From the UHGV virus genome UHGV-0169625: DNA of 44,509 bases; one strand, written 5' to 3'. The notes beneath the pieces were generated by a model. That model was not told where the DNA came from, did no database searches, and saw nothing but the letters and a program-made list of their open reading frames with translations. Within the stretch, counting starts at the first letter, position 1; each line of letters starts with the position of its first letter. This DNA comes from a virus. Positions 16,683 to 25,361 of this stretch are shown one piece after another. The translations under genes were made by a program, and so were the position numbers.

Positions 16683-18164
16683 ATGTTAACTATGAACGGT
16701 CAGAATCAGGGTGTTAAGACAAAACACCGGGAATGGCTGCATCACTTCGATAAATGGCAGAAGGTACGCCACGCTCTGGAAGGCGACCTTATTCGTTATC
16801 TGCGCAATGTCGGGAAGAACGAGCCGGACCCGACCTACGCGGCACAGCGGCAGGAAGAATACGAGAACGGCGCTATCTGCTACAACTTCACCAAGCGCAC
16901 TCTGGCGGGGATGGTGGGGTCGGTGATGCGCAAAGACCCAGAGCAGATTATTCCGCCTGAACTGGAGTACCTGTTACGCAATGCGGACGGTTCCGGTGTC
17001 GGGCTGTGGCAGCACGCGCAAGACACTCTTATGGAAATTGACTCGGTAGGCCGTGGCGGGTTGCTGGTCGACGCCCCGGAGACCGCCGCCGCAACGGCAG
17101 CAGAGCAGAACGCAGGATTATTAAACCCGGTCATCGCTTTCTATACCGCAGAGAACATCATCAACTGGCGACTGACCCGCATCGGTTCGGTTAACCGTGT
17201 GACAATGGTCGTGCTGCGTGAGGTGTGGGAATACTCAGAACCTGGCGCAGAGTTTGAAACCAAGTTCGGTGGGCAATACCGTGTCCTTGACCTGATTGAC
17301 AGCCGCTATCGCCAGCGCATATACCGTTTCGATGCCGAAGGTGGTGCGCAGGGCGAAGTAATCGAAATATTCCCTGAACTTGGCGAACAGTTACGCGGCA
17401 AAATCCCGTTCACGTTCATCGGGGCAAGCAACAACGATGCCACCATCGACGACGCACCTTTGCTACCGTTAGCTGAGCTGAATATCGGGCATTTCCGTAA
17501 CAGCGCGGACAATGAAGAGTCCAGTTTCGTTGTAGGCCAGCCCACTCTGTTCATCGCCCCGGGCGAGAACATGAGCATGGAACAGTGGAAAGAGGCCAAC
17601 CCACACGGCGTGCGCATGGGGTCTCGTTCAGGCCATAACATCGGGTACGGCGGCAACGCGTTTCTGGTTCAGGCAGGGGAGAACAACCTGGCTAAGCAGA
17701 ACATGCTGGATAAAGAGAATCAGGCCATCCAGATTGGCGCGCAGCTTATCACCCCGACGCAGCAAATAACCGCTGAATCGGCCCGCCTGCAACGTGGTGC
17801 GGATACGTCTGTTATGGCGACAATCGCACGTAACGTAAGCATGGCGTACACCGATTCGTTGCGCTGGGTGGCTGCGATGCTAGGGTTGCGTGAAGGCACA
17901 GAGATTGAGTTCAAACTTAACATGGAGTTCTTCCTGCAACCGATGACCGCTCAGGACCGCGCTCAGTGGATGGCGGACATTAACGCTGGCTTGTTACCCG
18001 CCACTGCTTATTACGCCGCGCTGCGTAAGGCTGGCGTAACCGACTGGACCGACGAGGACATTCAGAACGCTATTGAGGATGCGCCGCTGCCGTTGGGTGC
18101 GGTTACTCAGGTGACAGGCGAGATTCCGCAGGAGGCGCAGCAACAAGACGCCACTCAGCAGTAA
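16683..18164 (+). CDS. portal protein
   Basis: 493 aa, AGAGGA SD, immediately downstream of terL; by position and size. Confidence 0.65.
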   Translation: MLTMNGQNQGVKTKHREWLHHFDKWQKVRHALEGDLIRYLRNVGKNEPDPTYAAQRQEEYENGAICYNFTKRTLAGMVGSVMRKDPEQIIPPELEYLLRNADGSGVGLWQHAQDTLMEIDSVGRGGLLVDAPETAAATAAEQNAGLLNPVIAFYTAENIINWRLTRIGSVNRVTMVVLREVWEYSEPGAEFETKFGGQYRVLDLIDSRYRQRIYRFDAEGGAQGEVIEIFPELGEQLRGKIPFTFIGASNNDATIDDAPLLPLAELNIGHFRNSADNEESSFVVGQPTLFIAPGENMSMEQWKEANPHGVRMGSRSGHNIGYGGNAFLVQAGENNLAKQNMLDKENQAIQIGAQLITPTQQITAESARLQRGADTSVMATIARNVSMAYTDSLRWVAAMLGLREGTEIEFKLNMEFFLQPMTAQDRAQWMADINAGLLPATAYYAALRKAGVTDWTDEDIQNAIEDAPLPLGAVTQVTGEIPQEAQQQDATQQ

Positions 18165-18174
18165 GTTCACATAT

Positions 18175-18196
18175 AGCCCCGAAAGGGGCTTTCTTA
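18175..18196 (+). terminator. rho-independent terminator-like hairpin
   Basis: stem AGCCCC/GGGGCT, loop GAAA, then TTCTTAT. Confidence 0.5.
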
Positions 18197-18200
18197 TAGT

Positions 18201-19277
18201 ATGCTATTAACTTTAGCGTCACAGGGTTTATCTATGAGCTTACTTACATCCCTAATCAGCCACCAGATATGGCTGCAACGCACCGCATCCGGTGAAGTGA
18301 AAGACCTCGCACCGTTCCTTCAGGAGATGCGGGACGAAATCAAACGGCAGGTGCTGTTATTCGGCGACGACGGGCGAAGCACCGCGCGACTGAATAAACT
18401 GTTACGCGACCTTGAAGAAGCACTTACCGCGCTTACCGGTGACTGGCAAACGAAGCTGACAGAAGACCTTAAGGAGCTGGCCGCGTATGAGGCTGAGTGG
18501 AACGTAAAGACACTGGCAACCAACGTTAACGCGGAATTTGTTACGCCTACCGCCGAACAAGTGTGGGCCGCTGCTGAGTTTCAACCGCTCTCACTGAGCG
18601 ACAAGCCAGTTGATTTCGTGAAGCTGATGGAAGGCTGGGGTGAAACGGAAGTATCGCGCCTTGTAACCGGCGTTAAGATGGGCTTTGTACAAGGTCAAAC
18701 CACACGGCAGATTGTTAAGAATGTTGTAGGTGCTGGTGGGCTGGCGGACATCTCTGAACGCAACGCGGCTACGGTAATCCGCACCGCGCTTTCCCATGTA
18801 TCAAACGAAGCCCGTAACGAGACGTACCGTCAGAACGACGACATCATCGAGAAATACGAGTGGGTGTCAACGCTGGACAGCCGTACCAGTACGATTTGCA
18901 GAGCCAGAGACGGAATGACATGGGAAATTGGTAAAGGGCCGATGCCCCCCGCCCATCCGAACTGTCGGTCGTGCACGGCGCCAGTAATCAGTTCCGAGTT
19001 CGACTTCCTAGATAAAGGTGCAAAACGCGCGGCTAAGGGTGCGGACGGCGGTATGCAGGTAAGCGCAGACACCACCTATTACGAGTTCCTGAAACAGCAA
19101 CCGGCATGGTTCGTGGATGAAGCACTCGGCCCGGTGCGGGGTAAGATTTTCCGCAACAGCGGTATATCGCCGGAAGAGTTTCGCGTAATATCTGTAGATG
19201 GTTTCGGGAATCCGCTGACGCTTAAGCAGATGGCGGAACTCGATAAACGTGTTGCTGATTATCTGAAAGGGGAATAA
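18201..19277 (+). CDS. head morphogenesis protein (Mu F / SPP1 gp7-like)
   Basis: 358 aa, directly after portal; by position and general similarity to minor head protein F pattern, not searched. Confidence 0.5.
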   Translation: MLLTLASQGLSMSLLTSLISHQIWLQRTASGEVKDLAPFLQEMRDEIKRQVLLFGDDGRSTARLNKLLRDLEEALTALTGDWQTKLTEDLKELAAYEAEWNVKTLATNVNAEFVTPTAEQVWAAAEFQPLSLSDKPVDFVKLMEGWGETEVSRLVTGVKMGFVQGQTTRQIVKNVVGAGGLADISERNAATVIRTALSHVSNEARNETYRQNDDIIEKYEWVSTLDSRTSTICRARDGMTWEIGKGPMPPAHPNCRSCTAPVISSEFDFLDKGAKRAAKGADGGMQVSADTTYYEFLKQQPAWFVDEALGPVRGKIFRNSGISPEEFRVISVDGFGNPLTLKQMAELDKRVADYLKGE

Positions 19278-19738
19278 TGATGGGCTTTTTCAAAGTAACT
19301 GATGTGCTGTCACGTCGTGTAGTCCAGTACGCCCGCGTGTCTGGCTCTGGCGAGAACGTGGTATTTATCGAAGATGAAAGTGTACTGGGTACACCAGTAG
19401 ACGATATGCCGTTTGCGGATAAAACCGGTATTGCGTTGCCAGCCGCGGGTATGCTTTATGAAATTCCGTATCTGGCTGACGCAGGCGACGTGTACTTCTC
19501 GGCGCAACCGCAGGACGCTGAACTGGCGGACGGCAGCGCAACTATCACTGTCGAAGTTAAGGCGGGCAAAGCGCCGTATGCTCTTACCTGGTACAAAGAC
19601 GGTAAGGAAGTTGTAAACGCACCTGAAGAGGCCTTGTCTCTGACGGTTAACGCAGCAGGTGAATACTTCGTTAAAGTCACCGATGCCGGTGGCGTAGAGG
19701 CCGTCAGTAAAGCGGCGAAGGTAACTAAGCCAGAATGA
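19277..19738 (+). CDS. Ig-like domain protein (probable capsid decoration)
   Basis: C-terminal ATITVEVKAGKAPYALTWYKDGKEV...EYFVKVTDAGG resembles a bacterial Ig-like domain; paralogous to 22475..22813. Confidence 0.5.
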   Translation: MMGFFKVTDVLSRRVVQYARVSGSGENVVFIEDESVLGTPVDDMPFADKTGIALPAAGMLYEIPYLADAGDVYFSAQPQDAELADGSATITVEVKAGKAPYALTWYKDGKEVVNAPEEALSLTVNAAGEYFVKVTDAGGVEAVSKAAKVTKPE

Positions 19739-19743
19739 TAAAA

Positions 19744-19765
19744 AGCCCCGTTAAGGGGCTTTTTA
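19744..19765 (+). terminator. rho-independent terminator
   Basis: AAAAGCCCCGTTAAGGGGCTTTTT, stem flanked by A and T runs. Confidence 0.7.
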
Positions 19766-19828
19766 GTGCCTGTGATTATTCCAGTTATTCCACTAAATTG
19801 TAAATGTTGGAATAAACTATTCGAATAG

Positions 19829-19857
19829 TTGACTTTTCACTGAAAATATGATAAGCT
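19829..19857 (+). promoter_or_regulatory. candidate promoter abutting a 16-bp perfect palindrome
   Basis: TTGACT (19829-19834), 17-nt spacer, TAAGCT (19852-19857); AACTATTCGAATAGTT palindrome at 19815-19830 overlaps the -35. Confidence 0.35.
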
Positions 19858-19864
19858 CCACCTG

Positions 19865-20035
19865 AGCTTGTGAAGTATGAACAAGCGACCGCGGCGCGGG
19901 CAGGTAACGGAGCGGGACGTAAGTCCTGAGTGTAGTTACGCTGACGCGTTCGGAAGGGCCATACTCTATTGCTTGTGTAAAAAGTAACTGGTTTACTGAG
20001 ATTACGCCGTTTCTATGTTTAAATGATAAGGACTA
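19865..20035 (+). ncRNA. candidate structured leader/ncRNA upstream of spanin genes
   Basis: about 170 nt without SD-led ORF between candidate promoter and terminator 20038-20062; several local dyads (CTTGT...ACAAG, CCGCGG, ACGCGT). Confidence 0.3.
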
Positions 20036-20037
20036 GC

Positions 20038-20062
20038 GCCCCGCTTTATGGCGGGGCTTTAC
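20038..20062 (+). terminator. rho-independent terminator 20 nt upstream of Rz start
   Basis: stem GCCCCGC/GCGGGGC, 6-nt loop, then TTTACTT. Confidence 0.55.
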
Positions 20063-20081
20063 TTATCGAGAAAGGAGAAAC

Positions 20082-20468
20082 ATGAATCTTAAAGCAACTG
20101 TCGTAGCGGGAGCATGTTTCATCATCCTGGCTTACGCACACGGCATCTACCAGTATCGCAGCGGCTGGAACGAAGGCCGGGCGAATCTCGTTTCGCAGCA
20201 ACAGCATGAAGCACAAGCTGAGTTAGCGAAGAAAACACAACGGCAGCAGCAGGATGAATCAAAGGCCGCCGCCGCCGACAACGAAGGCAAGACGAAATCA
20301 GAGGTCATTACCCGTGAAGTCGTTAAGTACATTAAAACGCCTGGTCGCAGCGTGTGCACTTTCGATGATGCTCGCGTCCTGCTCAAGTCCCGAGCCGTCG
20401 CAAACGCCAATTCCATACCCGGATACGACAATGATGCAGCCGCCGTGCAAACTGGCCGCACCAAGTAG
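20082..20468 (+). CDS. i-spanin (Rz-like)
   Basis: 128 aa; AAAGGAG SD; N-terminal TM segment ATVVAGACFIILAYAHGIY then charged coiled-coil periplasmic region. Confidence 0.65.
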   Translation: MNLKATVVAGACFIILAYAHGIYQYRSGWNEGRANLVSQQQHEAQAELAKKTQRQQQDESKAAAADNEGKTKSEVITREVVKYIKTPGRSVCTFDDARVLLKSRAVANANSIPGYDNDAAAVQTGRTK

Positions 20469-20577
20469 CGATGCCGACGAGGATTTGGCTATCGACGTCC
20501 AGAACGCCGAATGTGTACGGCAACTGAGGCTGAAAGTGTTCATGTTGCAGGATTACGTGAGGAATATTCTGGAATAG
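20314..20577 (+). CDS. o-spanin (Rz1-like lipoprotein) in +1 frame overlapping Rz
   Basis: GTG start with GAGG upstream; signal peptide plus lipobox (V)KSLSTLKRLVAACALSMMLASC, then Pro-rich PEPSQTPIPYP; starts inside Rz and extends beyond it. Confidence 0.6.
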   Translation: MKSLSTLKRLVAACALSMMLASCSSPEPSQTPIPYPDTTMMQPPCKLAAPSSDADEDLAIDVQNAECVRQLRLKVFMLQDYVRNILE

Positions 20578-20659
20578 TTGCCTTGCATGTTGGAATAATT
20601 TATTCTTGACATGTAAATCCGGGCGGCCCGGGTTCCAACGTCCAGGGGACATACTGACT

Positions 20660-21361
20660 ATGAATCGTTTTTTACGTTATCCGTTCCAGGAAGAAGCTGG
20701 AGCAGAAGATAAAGCTGGTGGCGGTGACGCACCAAAAATGTTCACCGCTGAAGAAGTTCAGGCGCTGATTGAGAAAGAAGTTGCCGGGCTTAAGGCAAAT
20801 CAGGAAGCGTTGCTGGCGGAGAAGAAAGAAGCCGCTCGCAAAGCAAAAGAGGCCGAAGAACAACGGCAGCGCGCGCACCAGGAGGCGTTAAAGGCTGCTG
20901 GTAAGATGGACGAGTTCGAAAAAACGATTCGTAGCCAGTATGACCCGGTGTTAGCCGAGAAAGATGGTCGCATCTCCAAAATGGCGGAGCGCATCCTCGG
21001 CAGCGAACGTAAAGCGGTGTTAGGCTCTTTTGCGGGTGACTTTATTACCCCGGAAGCAGCGGACATTCTTGCACCGTTCGTCAAGACTGAGTTCGAAGGT
21101 GATGATGTGGTTACTAAGTTTGTCGGCCCAGACGGCAACGTAATCACGACTGACCCGGAACAGTTCCGCAAATACCTGCGCGAACACAAAGCGTTTTCGC
21201 ATTTGATTAAAGCAAATGCAGCTTCCGGCGGCGGGGCTTCCGGTAGCAAAGGCGGCGGGGCCGCACCAGCGTTTAAAGACATGAGTGAAGCAGAGCGTTT
21301 AGCCCTGTATAAATCGAACCCTGCCGAATTTGAACGGCAACTTAAAGCCCTGAGGAAATAA
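20660..21361 (+). CDS. scaffolding protein (putative)
   Basis: start trimmed to ATG 20660; Ala/Glu/Lys-rich helical protein directly upstream of major capsid gene. Confidence 0.55.
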   Translation: MNRFLRYPFQEEAGAEDKAGGGDAPKMFTAEEVQALIEKEVAGLKANQEALLAEKKEAARKAKEAEEQRQRAHQEALKAAGKMDEFEKTIRSQYDPVLAEKDGRISKMAERILGSERKAVLGSFAGDFITPEAADILAPFVKTEFEGDDVVTKFVGPDGNVITTDPEQFRKYLREHKAFSHLIKANAASGGGASGSKGGGAAPAFKDMSEAERLALYKSNPAEFERQLKALRK

Positions 21362-21363
21362 TA

Positions 21364-22413
21364 ATGGCAATTACCACTATCGGCGATATCGTAACTGGCA
21401 ACATCCCGGTCCTGGCGTCTTACATGACCGAGGACCCGGTAGAAAAAACTGCGTTCTTCCAGTCCGGTATTCTGACCCCGACTCCGCACGCTGCCGAGAT
21501 TGCCCGCGGCCCGTCCAACGTCGCTAATATTCCGTTCTGGAAAGCGATTGACACTTCCATCGAGCCTAACTACTCGAACGACGTATACCAGGACATCGCT
21601 ACCCCGCGTAACGTGCAGACCGGCGAGATGATGGCGCGCGTTGCATACCTGAACGAAGGCTTTGGCCAGGCGGACCTGACCGTTGAACTGACCAGCCAGA
21701 ACCCGCTGCAATCTGTGGCTTCTCGCCTGGATAACTTCTGGCAGCGTCAGGCACAACGCCGTCTGATTGCTACTGCGCTCGGTCTGTACAATGACAACGT
21801 AGCTGCTACCGACGAATACCATGAGCAGAACGACATGGTAATCGACGTGTCCTCTACTCTGGGCTTCGACGCTGGCGCGTTCATCGACGCTACCCAGACT
21901 ATGGGTGATGCACTGATGGGTAACGGTGGTGAAGTGCTGGGCGCTATCGCTATGCACAGCTTCGTATACGCGCAGGCGCGTAAGCAGCAGCTCATTGACT
22001 TCACCAGAGACGCCGACAACGACACCCTGTTTGCCACCTACCAGGGCTACCGTGTGATTGTTGACGACAGCATGACTGTAGTCGGTACCGGCAGCAGCCG
22101 TAAGTTCATCTCCATCATCTTCGGCAACGGCGCTATCGGTTACGGAGAAGGTAACCCGACCAATCCGCTGGCATATGAGCGCGAAGAGTCCCGCGGCAAC
22201 GGCGGTGGCGTCGAAACCCTGTGGACACGTAAGACTTGGTTGCTGCACCCACTGGGCTACCGCTTCACCAGCGCGGAGATCACCGGCAACGGCACCGAGA
22301 CCGTCGCACGCTCCGCTTCCTGGCAGGACCTGGCGAACGCCTCCAACTGGAACCGTGTTGTTGGCCGTAAGCACGTACCGATTGCCTTCCTGGTAACTGG
22401 TGTAGGGTCTTAA
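21364..22413 (+). CDS. major capsid protein
   Basis: 349 aa, GAGGAAA SD, follows scaffold and is followed by a strong terminator; by position and size. Confidence 0.75.
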   Translation: MAITTIGDIVTGNIPVLASYMTEDPVEKTAFFQSGILTPTPHAAEIARGPSNVANIPFWKAIDTSIEPNYSNDVYQDIATPRNVQTGEMMARVAYLNEGFGQADLTVELTSQNPLQSVASRLDNFWQRQAQRRLIATALGLYNDNVAATDEYHEQNDMVIDVSSTLGFDAGAFIDATQTMGDALMGNGGEVLGAIAMHSFVYAQARKQQLIDFTRDADNDTLFATYQGYRVIVDDSMTVVGTGSSRKFISIIFGNGAIGYGEGNPTNPLAYEREESRGNGGGVETLWTRKTWLLHPLGYRFTSAEITGNGTETVARSASWQDLANASNWNRVVGRKHVPIAFLVTGVGS

Positions 22414-22430
22414 GGTTAAGATATAATCGA

Positions 22431-22454
22431 GAGGGACTTCGGTCCCTCTTTTCA
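22431..22454 (+). terminator. rho-independent terminator after capsid gene
   Basis: stem GAGGGAC/GTCCCTC, loop TTCG, then TTTTCATTT. Confidence 0.7.
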
Positions 22455-22474
22455 TTTACTAAGAGGATTCCTCA

Positions 22475-22813
22475 ATGGCAGACGTACTGAAACGACGCAC
22501 TACTGGTGTTTCTGCGGATTGCGGATACAGTTGGCGCATGGAGACGATTTCTCCCGCGTCTTTCTCATCCGCTCTTAACCCTACTACCGCGGTAACCGCA
22601 AGTGAAACTATGACACTGACCGTAACCGTAACAGGCGGTCTGGAGCCGTATTCCTACCAGTGGTACAAGAACAACAACGCTATCGCCGGGGCGAACGCTG
22701 CTTCCTATGTGAAGGCGTCCACTACTACCGCAGATTCCGGTACGTATAAAGTGGTTGTTCGCGATGTGTATGGTAATATTATCTCCAGCAGCACTGTAGC
22801 AACTGTGTCTTAA
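22475..22813 (+). CDS. Ig-like domain protein
   Basis: 112 aa; TMTLTVTVTGGLEPYSYQWYKNNN...GTYKVVVRD; paralogous to C-terminus of 19277..19738. Confidence 0.5.
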   Translation: MADVLKRRTTGVSADCGYSWRMETISPASFSSALNPTTAVTASETMTLTVTVTGGLEPYSYQWYKNNNAIAGANAASYVKASTTTADSGTYKVVVRDVYGNIISSSTVATVS

Positions 22814-22849
22814 TGCGACGGCCCTTCGGGGCCGTAATAAGGAAAGGTC

Positions 22850-23029
22850 ATGGCAGATAATTATGTAATCCGCGAAAAATACACCCACGTTGATGTTGTT
22901 GACGGTCAGGTGATACCAGTTCGCGGTGTTGTAGAAGCGGACGAGCTGGTTGCAACCCAACCGGACAGCGAAGAAGCGCACAACAACGGCGGCGGTACTA
23001 AGCGTCGTCGCCGTAAGTCAGAGGAATAA
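22850..23029 (+). CDS. hypothetical small virion-region protein (59 aa)
   Basis: ATG with AAGGAAAGG SD; basic C-terminus KRRRRK; just below track cutoff. Confidence 0.4.
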   Translation: MADNYVIREKYTHVDVVDGQVIPVRGVVEADELVATQPDSEEAHNNGGGTKRRRRKSEE

Positions 23030-23032
23030 TTT

Positions 23033-23545
23033 ATGCCGCTAATCGTGGAAACGGGAGAAATCGTACCTGGCGCTGACAGTTACATTAGCCTGGCTGACGC
23101 CCGCGCGTTAGCGGCTAATTATGGCCTTGAGCTACCGGAAGACGATACCGCAGCAGAGGTGGCCTTGCGCAACGGCGCTACTTATGTCGGCCTGTCCGAA
23201 CCGCAGATGTGTGGTCGCCGTGTGTCAGCCGAGCAGTCGCTGGCGTACCCACGAACCGGGGTAACGCTGAACGGCTTCCCTGTGGCGAACAATGTAATCC
23301 CTAAGCAGGTAATTCTTGCTCAGGTAATCGCCGCGGTAACATACGGCGCAGGCACAGAGGTGCGTGCTAACTCAGACGGGCGTTCAGTACAGACCGAACG
23401 CGTAGAGGGCGCGGTAACCGTCACCTACTTCAATAACGGCAGCTCTGGCGCTACTACATCAATCACCGCAGCCGATGACGCCTTACGCCCGCTTCTTTGC
23501 GGCGGACTTAACAATGGCTTCTCGTTTAACGTGTACCGGGGTTAA
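23033..23545 (+). CDS. head-tail connector/adaptor protein (putative)
   Basis: 170 aa, GAGGAA SD; N-terminal MPLIVETGEIVPGADSYISLADA resembles head-tail adaptor family pattern; mainly positional. Confidence 0.4.
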   Translation: MPLIVETGEIVPGADSYISLADARALAANYGLELPEDDTAAEVALRNGATYVGLSEPQMCGRRVSAEQSLAYPRTGVTLNGFPVANNVIPKQVILAQVIAAVTYGAGTEVRANSDGRSVQTERVEGAVTVTYFNNGSSGATTSITAADDALRPLLCGGLNNGFSFNVYRG

Positions 23546-23547
23546 AA

Positions 23548-24198
23548 ATGGCGAAGACTAAAACAGAGATATTTACGCTAATCGGGTCAGAATTACCGGA
23601 TAACACAACCGGGCTAATCACCCCGGAGAAGTTACGCGGGGTGCTAACCCAAATGGCCGACTCTCCTATTTATGCCACTCCTGGTGTGAAAGAGGTTGAG
23701 GTGCTTCGTGCGGCGTCTACTGTCGTCCAGGCTCCGTCCGCGGTTGATACCGCGTTGCAGCTAACCTTCGGTGCCGCGCAAGGCAGCGCCTCAGACCTGG
23801 TTATGATTAACGCGGCGGGTCTGGTGACTTTCAACACCGCCGGTAACTACGCCGTTCGCATCAAGTTACAGGCCGGGCGCACGGGCGCTAGCGGGACATC
23901 TATCCTGCTATCGCGCATCCTCATCAACGGCGCTCAGTACGGCTCTCCCGCTGCCACAAAACTGGTAAGTGCCGACACCACAATCCCGATTGAATCTCGC
24001 GTCGTTATCAATCCTACCGCAGGTCAGACGTTTTCCGTGCAGATTATGCGGGATAGCGCCTTCCGCACTACTGGTTATTTCGAGACTGGAGGCCGCCTGA
24101 TGAATAAGTTCACATGTGGTGTAGTTTTTGGTTTTCTTACCGCGGTAGTCTTGCACAGTTACGGTGTTCTTTTGACGCTGCAAGAGGTGCTAAAATGA
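23548..24198 (+). CDS. hypothetical virion structural protein
   Basis: 216 aa track ORF in head-tail joining region; hydrophobic C-terminal extension. Confidence 0.45.
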   Translation: MAKTKTEIFTLIGSELPDNTTGLITPEKLRGVLTQMADSPIYATPGVKEVEVLRAASTVVQAPSAVDTALQLTFGAAQGSASDLVMINAAGLVTFNTAGNYAVRIKLQAGRTGASGTSILLSRILINGAQYGSPAATKLVSADTTIPIESRVVINPTAGQTFSVQIMRDSAFRTTGYFETGGRLMNKFTCGVVFGFLTAVVLHSYGVLLTLQEVLK

Positions 24199-24554
24199 GC
24201 ACCGCTTTCAGTAAACGTATGCAAGGCGTCGGTACACGCCTGCTAACCAAATTTGGTAGCACGGTATCCCTGGTTCGCGCTGGCTCGAAAGTGTGGGATG
24301 AAGTTCTCGGTGAGTATGTCCGGTCCGCGGATGAAGTGCTGCCGTTGAAAGCTGTTCCGGTTCCTGTTAACGCAGGACTGGTGAACGGTACGACGATTCA
24401 GGCGGGCGACATGATTGTTAAAGCGGATTGCAGTGTCGTACCGAAGATGGAAGACAAGGTGCAATCCGGCGGCGAGCAATGGTCTGTCGTAGCCATTGAG
24501 AAGAAGATGGTTAACGATGATGTCGTGGCATACTTTATTCAGGTGAGAAAATGA
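24195..24554 (+). CDS. head-tail joining protein (putative)
   Basis: start trimmed to ATG 24195 (ATGA overlap, AGAGGTG SD). Confidence 0.4.
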   Translation: MSTAFSKRMQGVGTRLLTKFGSTVSLVRAGSKVWDEVLGEYVRSADEVLPLKAVPVPVNAGLVNGTTIQAGDMIVKADCSVVPKMEDKVQSGGEQWSVVAIEKKMVNDDVVAYFIQVRK

Positions 24555-24946
24555 GTTTCGCGCTTGATGTCTCTAAGTTCGTGGAAAAGGCGAAGAAGAA
24601 CCCAGAGAAGGTGATGCGTCAGGTGTCTATCAAGCTGTTTTCCGCTATTATAAAGGCGAGTCCGGTAGATACAGGCCGCTTTCGTATGAACTGGATGGTA
24701 TCTGGTGGTACTCCTGCTTCCGGGATTACGGACGCTACGGATAAATCAGGAAACACAGCAACCGGAAACGCTACAAGTTTCGTACTGAAAGCCGCCGACT
24801 GGCGCGAGTTCACGCTGACAAACAACCTGCCGTATGCTCAACGGCTGGAGTATGGCTGGTCGCAGCAAGCGCCCGCCGGGATGGTCAGGACTAACGTGTC
24901 TCGCTTCCAGCAACTCATTAATGAAGAAGCCAACAAGGTGAAATAA
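24551..24946 (+). CDS. HK97 gp10-like tail component
   Basis: 131 aa; KASPVDTGRFRMNWMVS matches the gp10-family vDTGrlr motif from recollection. Confidence 0.55.
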   Translation: MSFALDVSKFVEKAKKNPEKVMRQVSIKLFSAIIKASPVDTGRFRMNWMVSGGTPASGITDATDKSGNTATGNATSFVLKAADWREFTLTNNLPYAQRLEYGWSQQAPAGMVRTNVSRFQQLINEEANKVK

Positions 24947-25359
24947 TGGGCTACTTTGAGGACTTAACCAAAGCGTTTGATGTGCCGTTGGTAGCCTTCG
25001 GGAACGCAAACGGCATCAAGGTTGCGCTTGAAAACATCGACGCGCCGACGTCAACCGATACGCCGTATCTGGCGAGTTACATGTTGCTGGCAGATACGGA
25101 ACAGGCGGATTTGTTCTTCACCGAGCAACGCTCTGGTATCTATCAGGTCGACATTAACTACGCATCGGTGAAAGGTAGCGCGCCAATCAATAAAATGGCA
25201 GACTTACTTAACACGGCGTTTAAAGCAGGTAAGTCATTTTCACGTAACGACATCTGCGCCGAGGTTCAATCGGTTAGCCTGGGGCCGCTGATTGTAGAAA
25301 ACGGATGGGCCAAAAGACCATTGTCAATTAACTTTATTACATTCACCAAGAGGCTGTGA
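24946..25359 (+). CDS. tail terminator-like protein (putative)
   Basis: 137 aa, coupled start, immediately upstream of major tail protein; positional. Confidence 0.35.
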   Translation: MGYFEDLTKAFDVPLVAFGNANGIKVALENIDAPTSTDTPYLASYMLLADTEQADLFFTEQRSGIYQVDINYASVKGSAPINKMADLLNTAFKAGKSFSRNDICAEVQSVSLGPLIVENGWAKRPLSINFITFTKRL

Positions 25360-25361
25360 AT

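Noticed and set aside
20800-22455. 551-aa minus-strand ORF antisense to the scaffold and major capsid genes
   Set aside because: It entirely overlaps two strongly supported plus-strand genes with SD sites and operon context; long antisense ORFs are common in GC-balanced coding sequence; it has no SD and its sequence is low-complexity Ala/Gly/Val/Arg-rich
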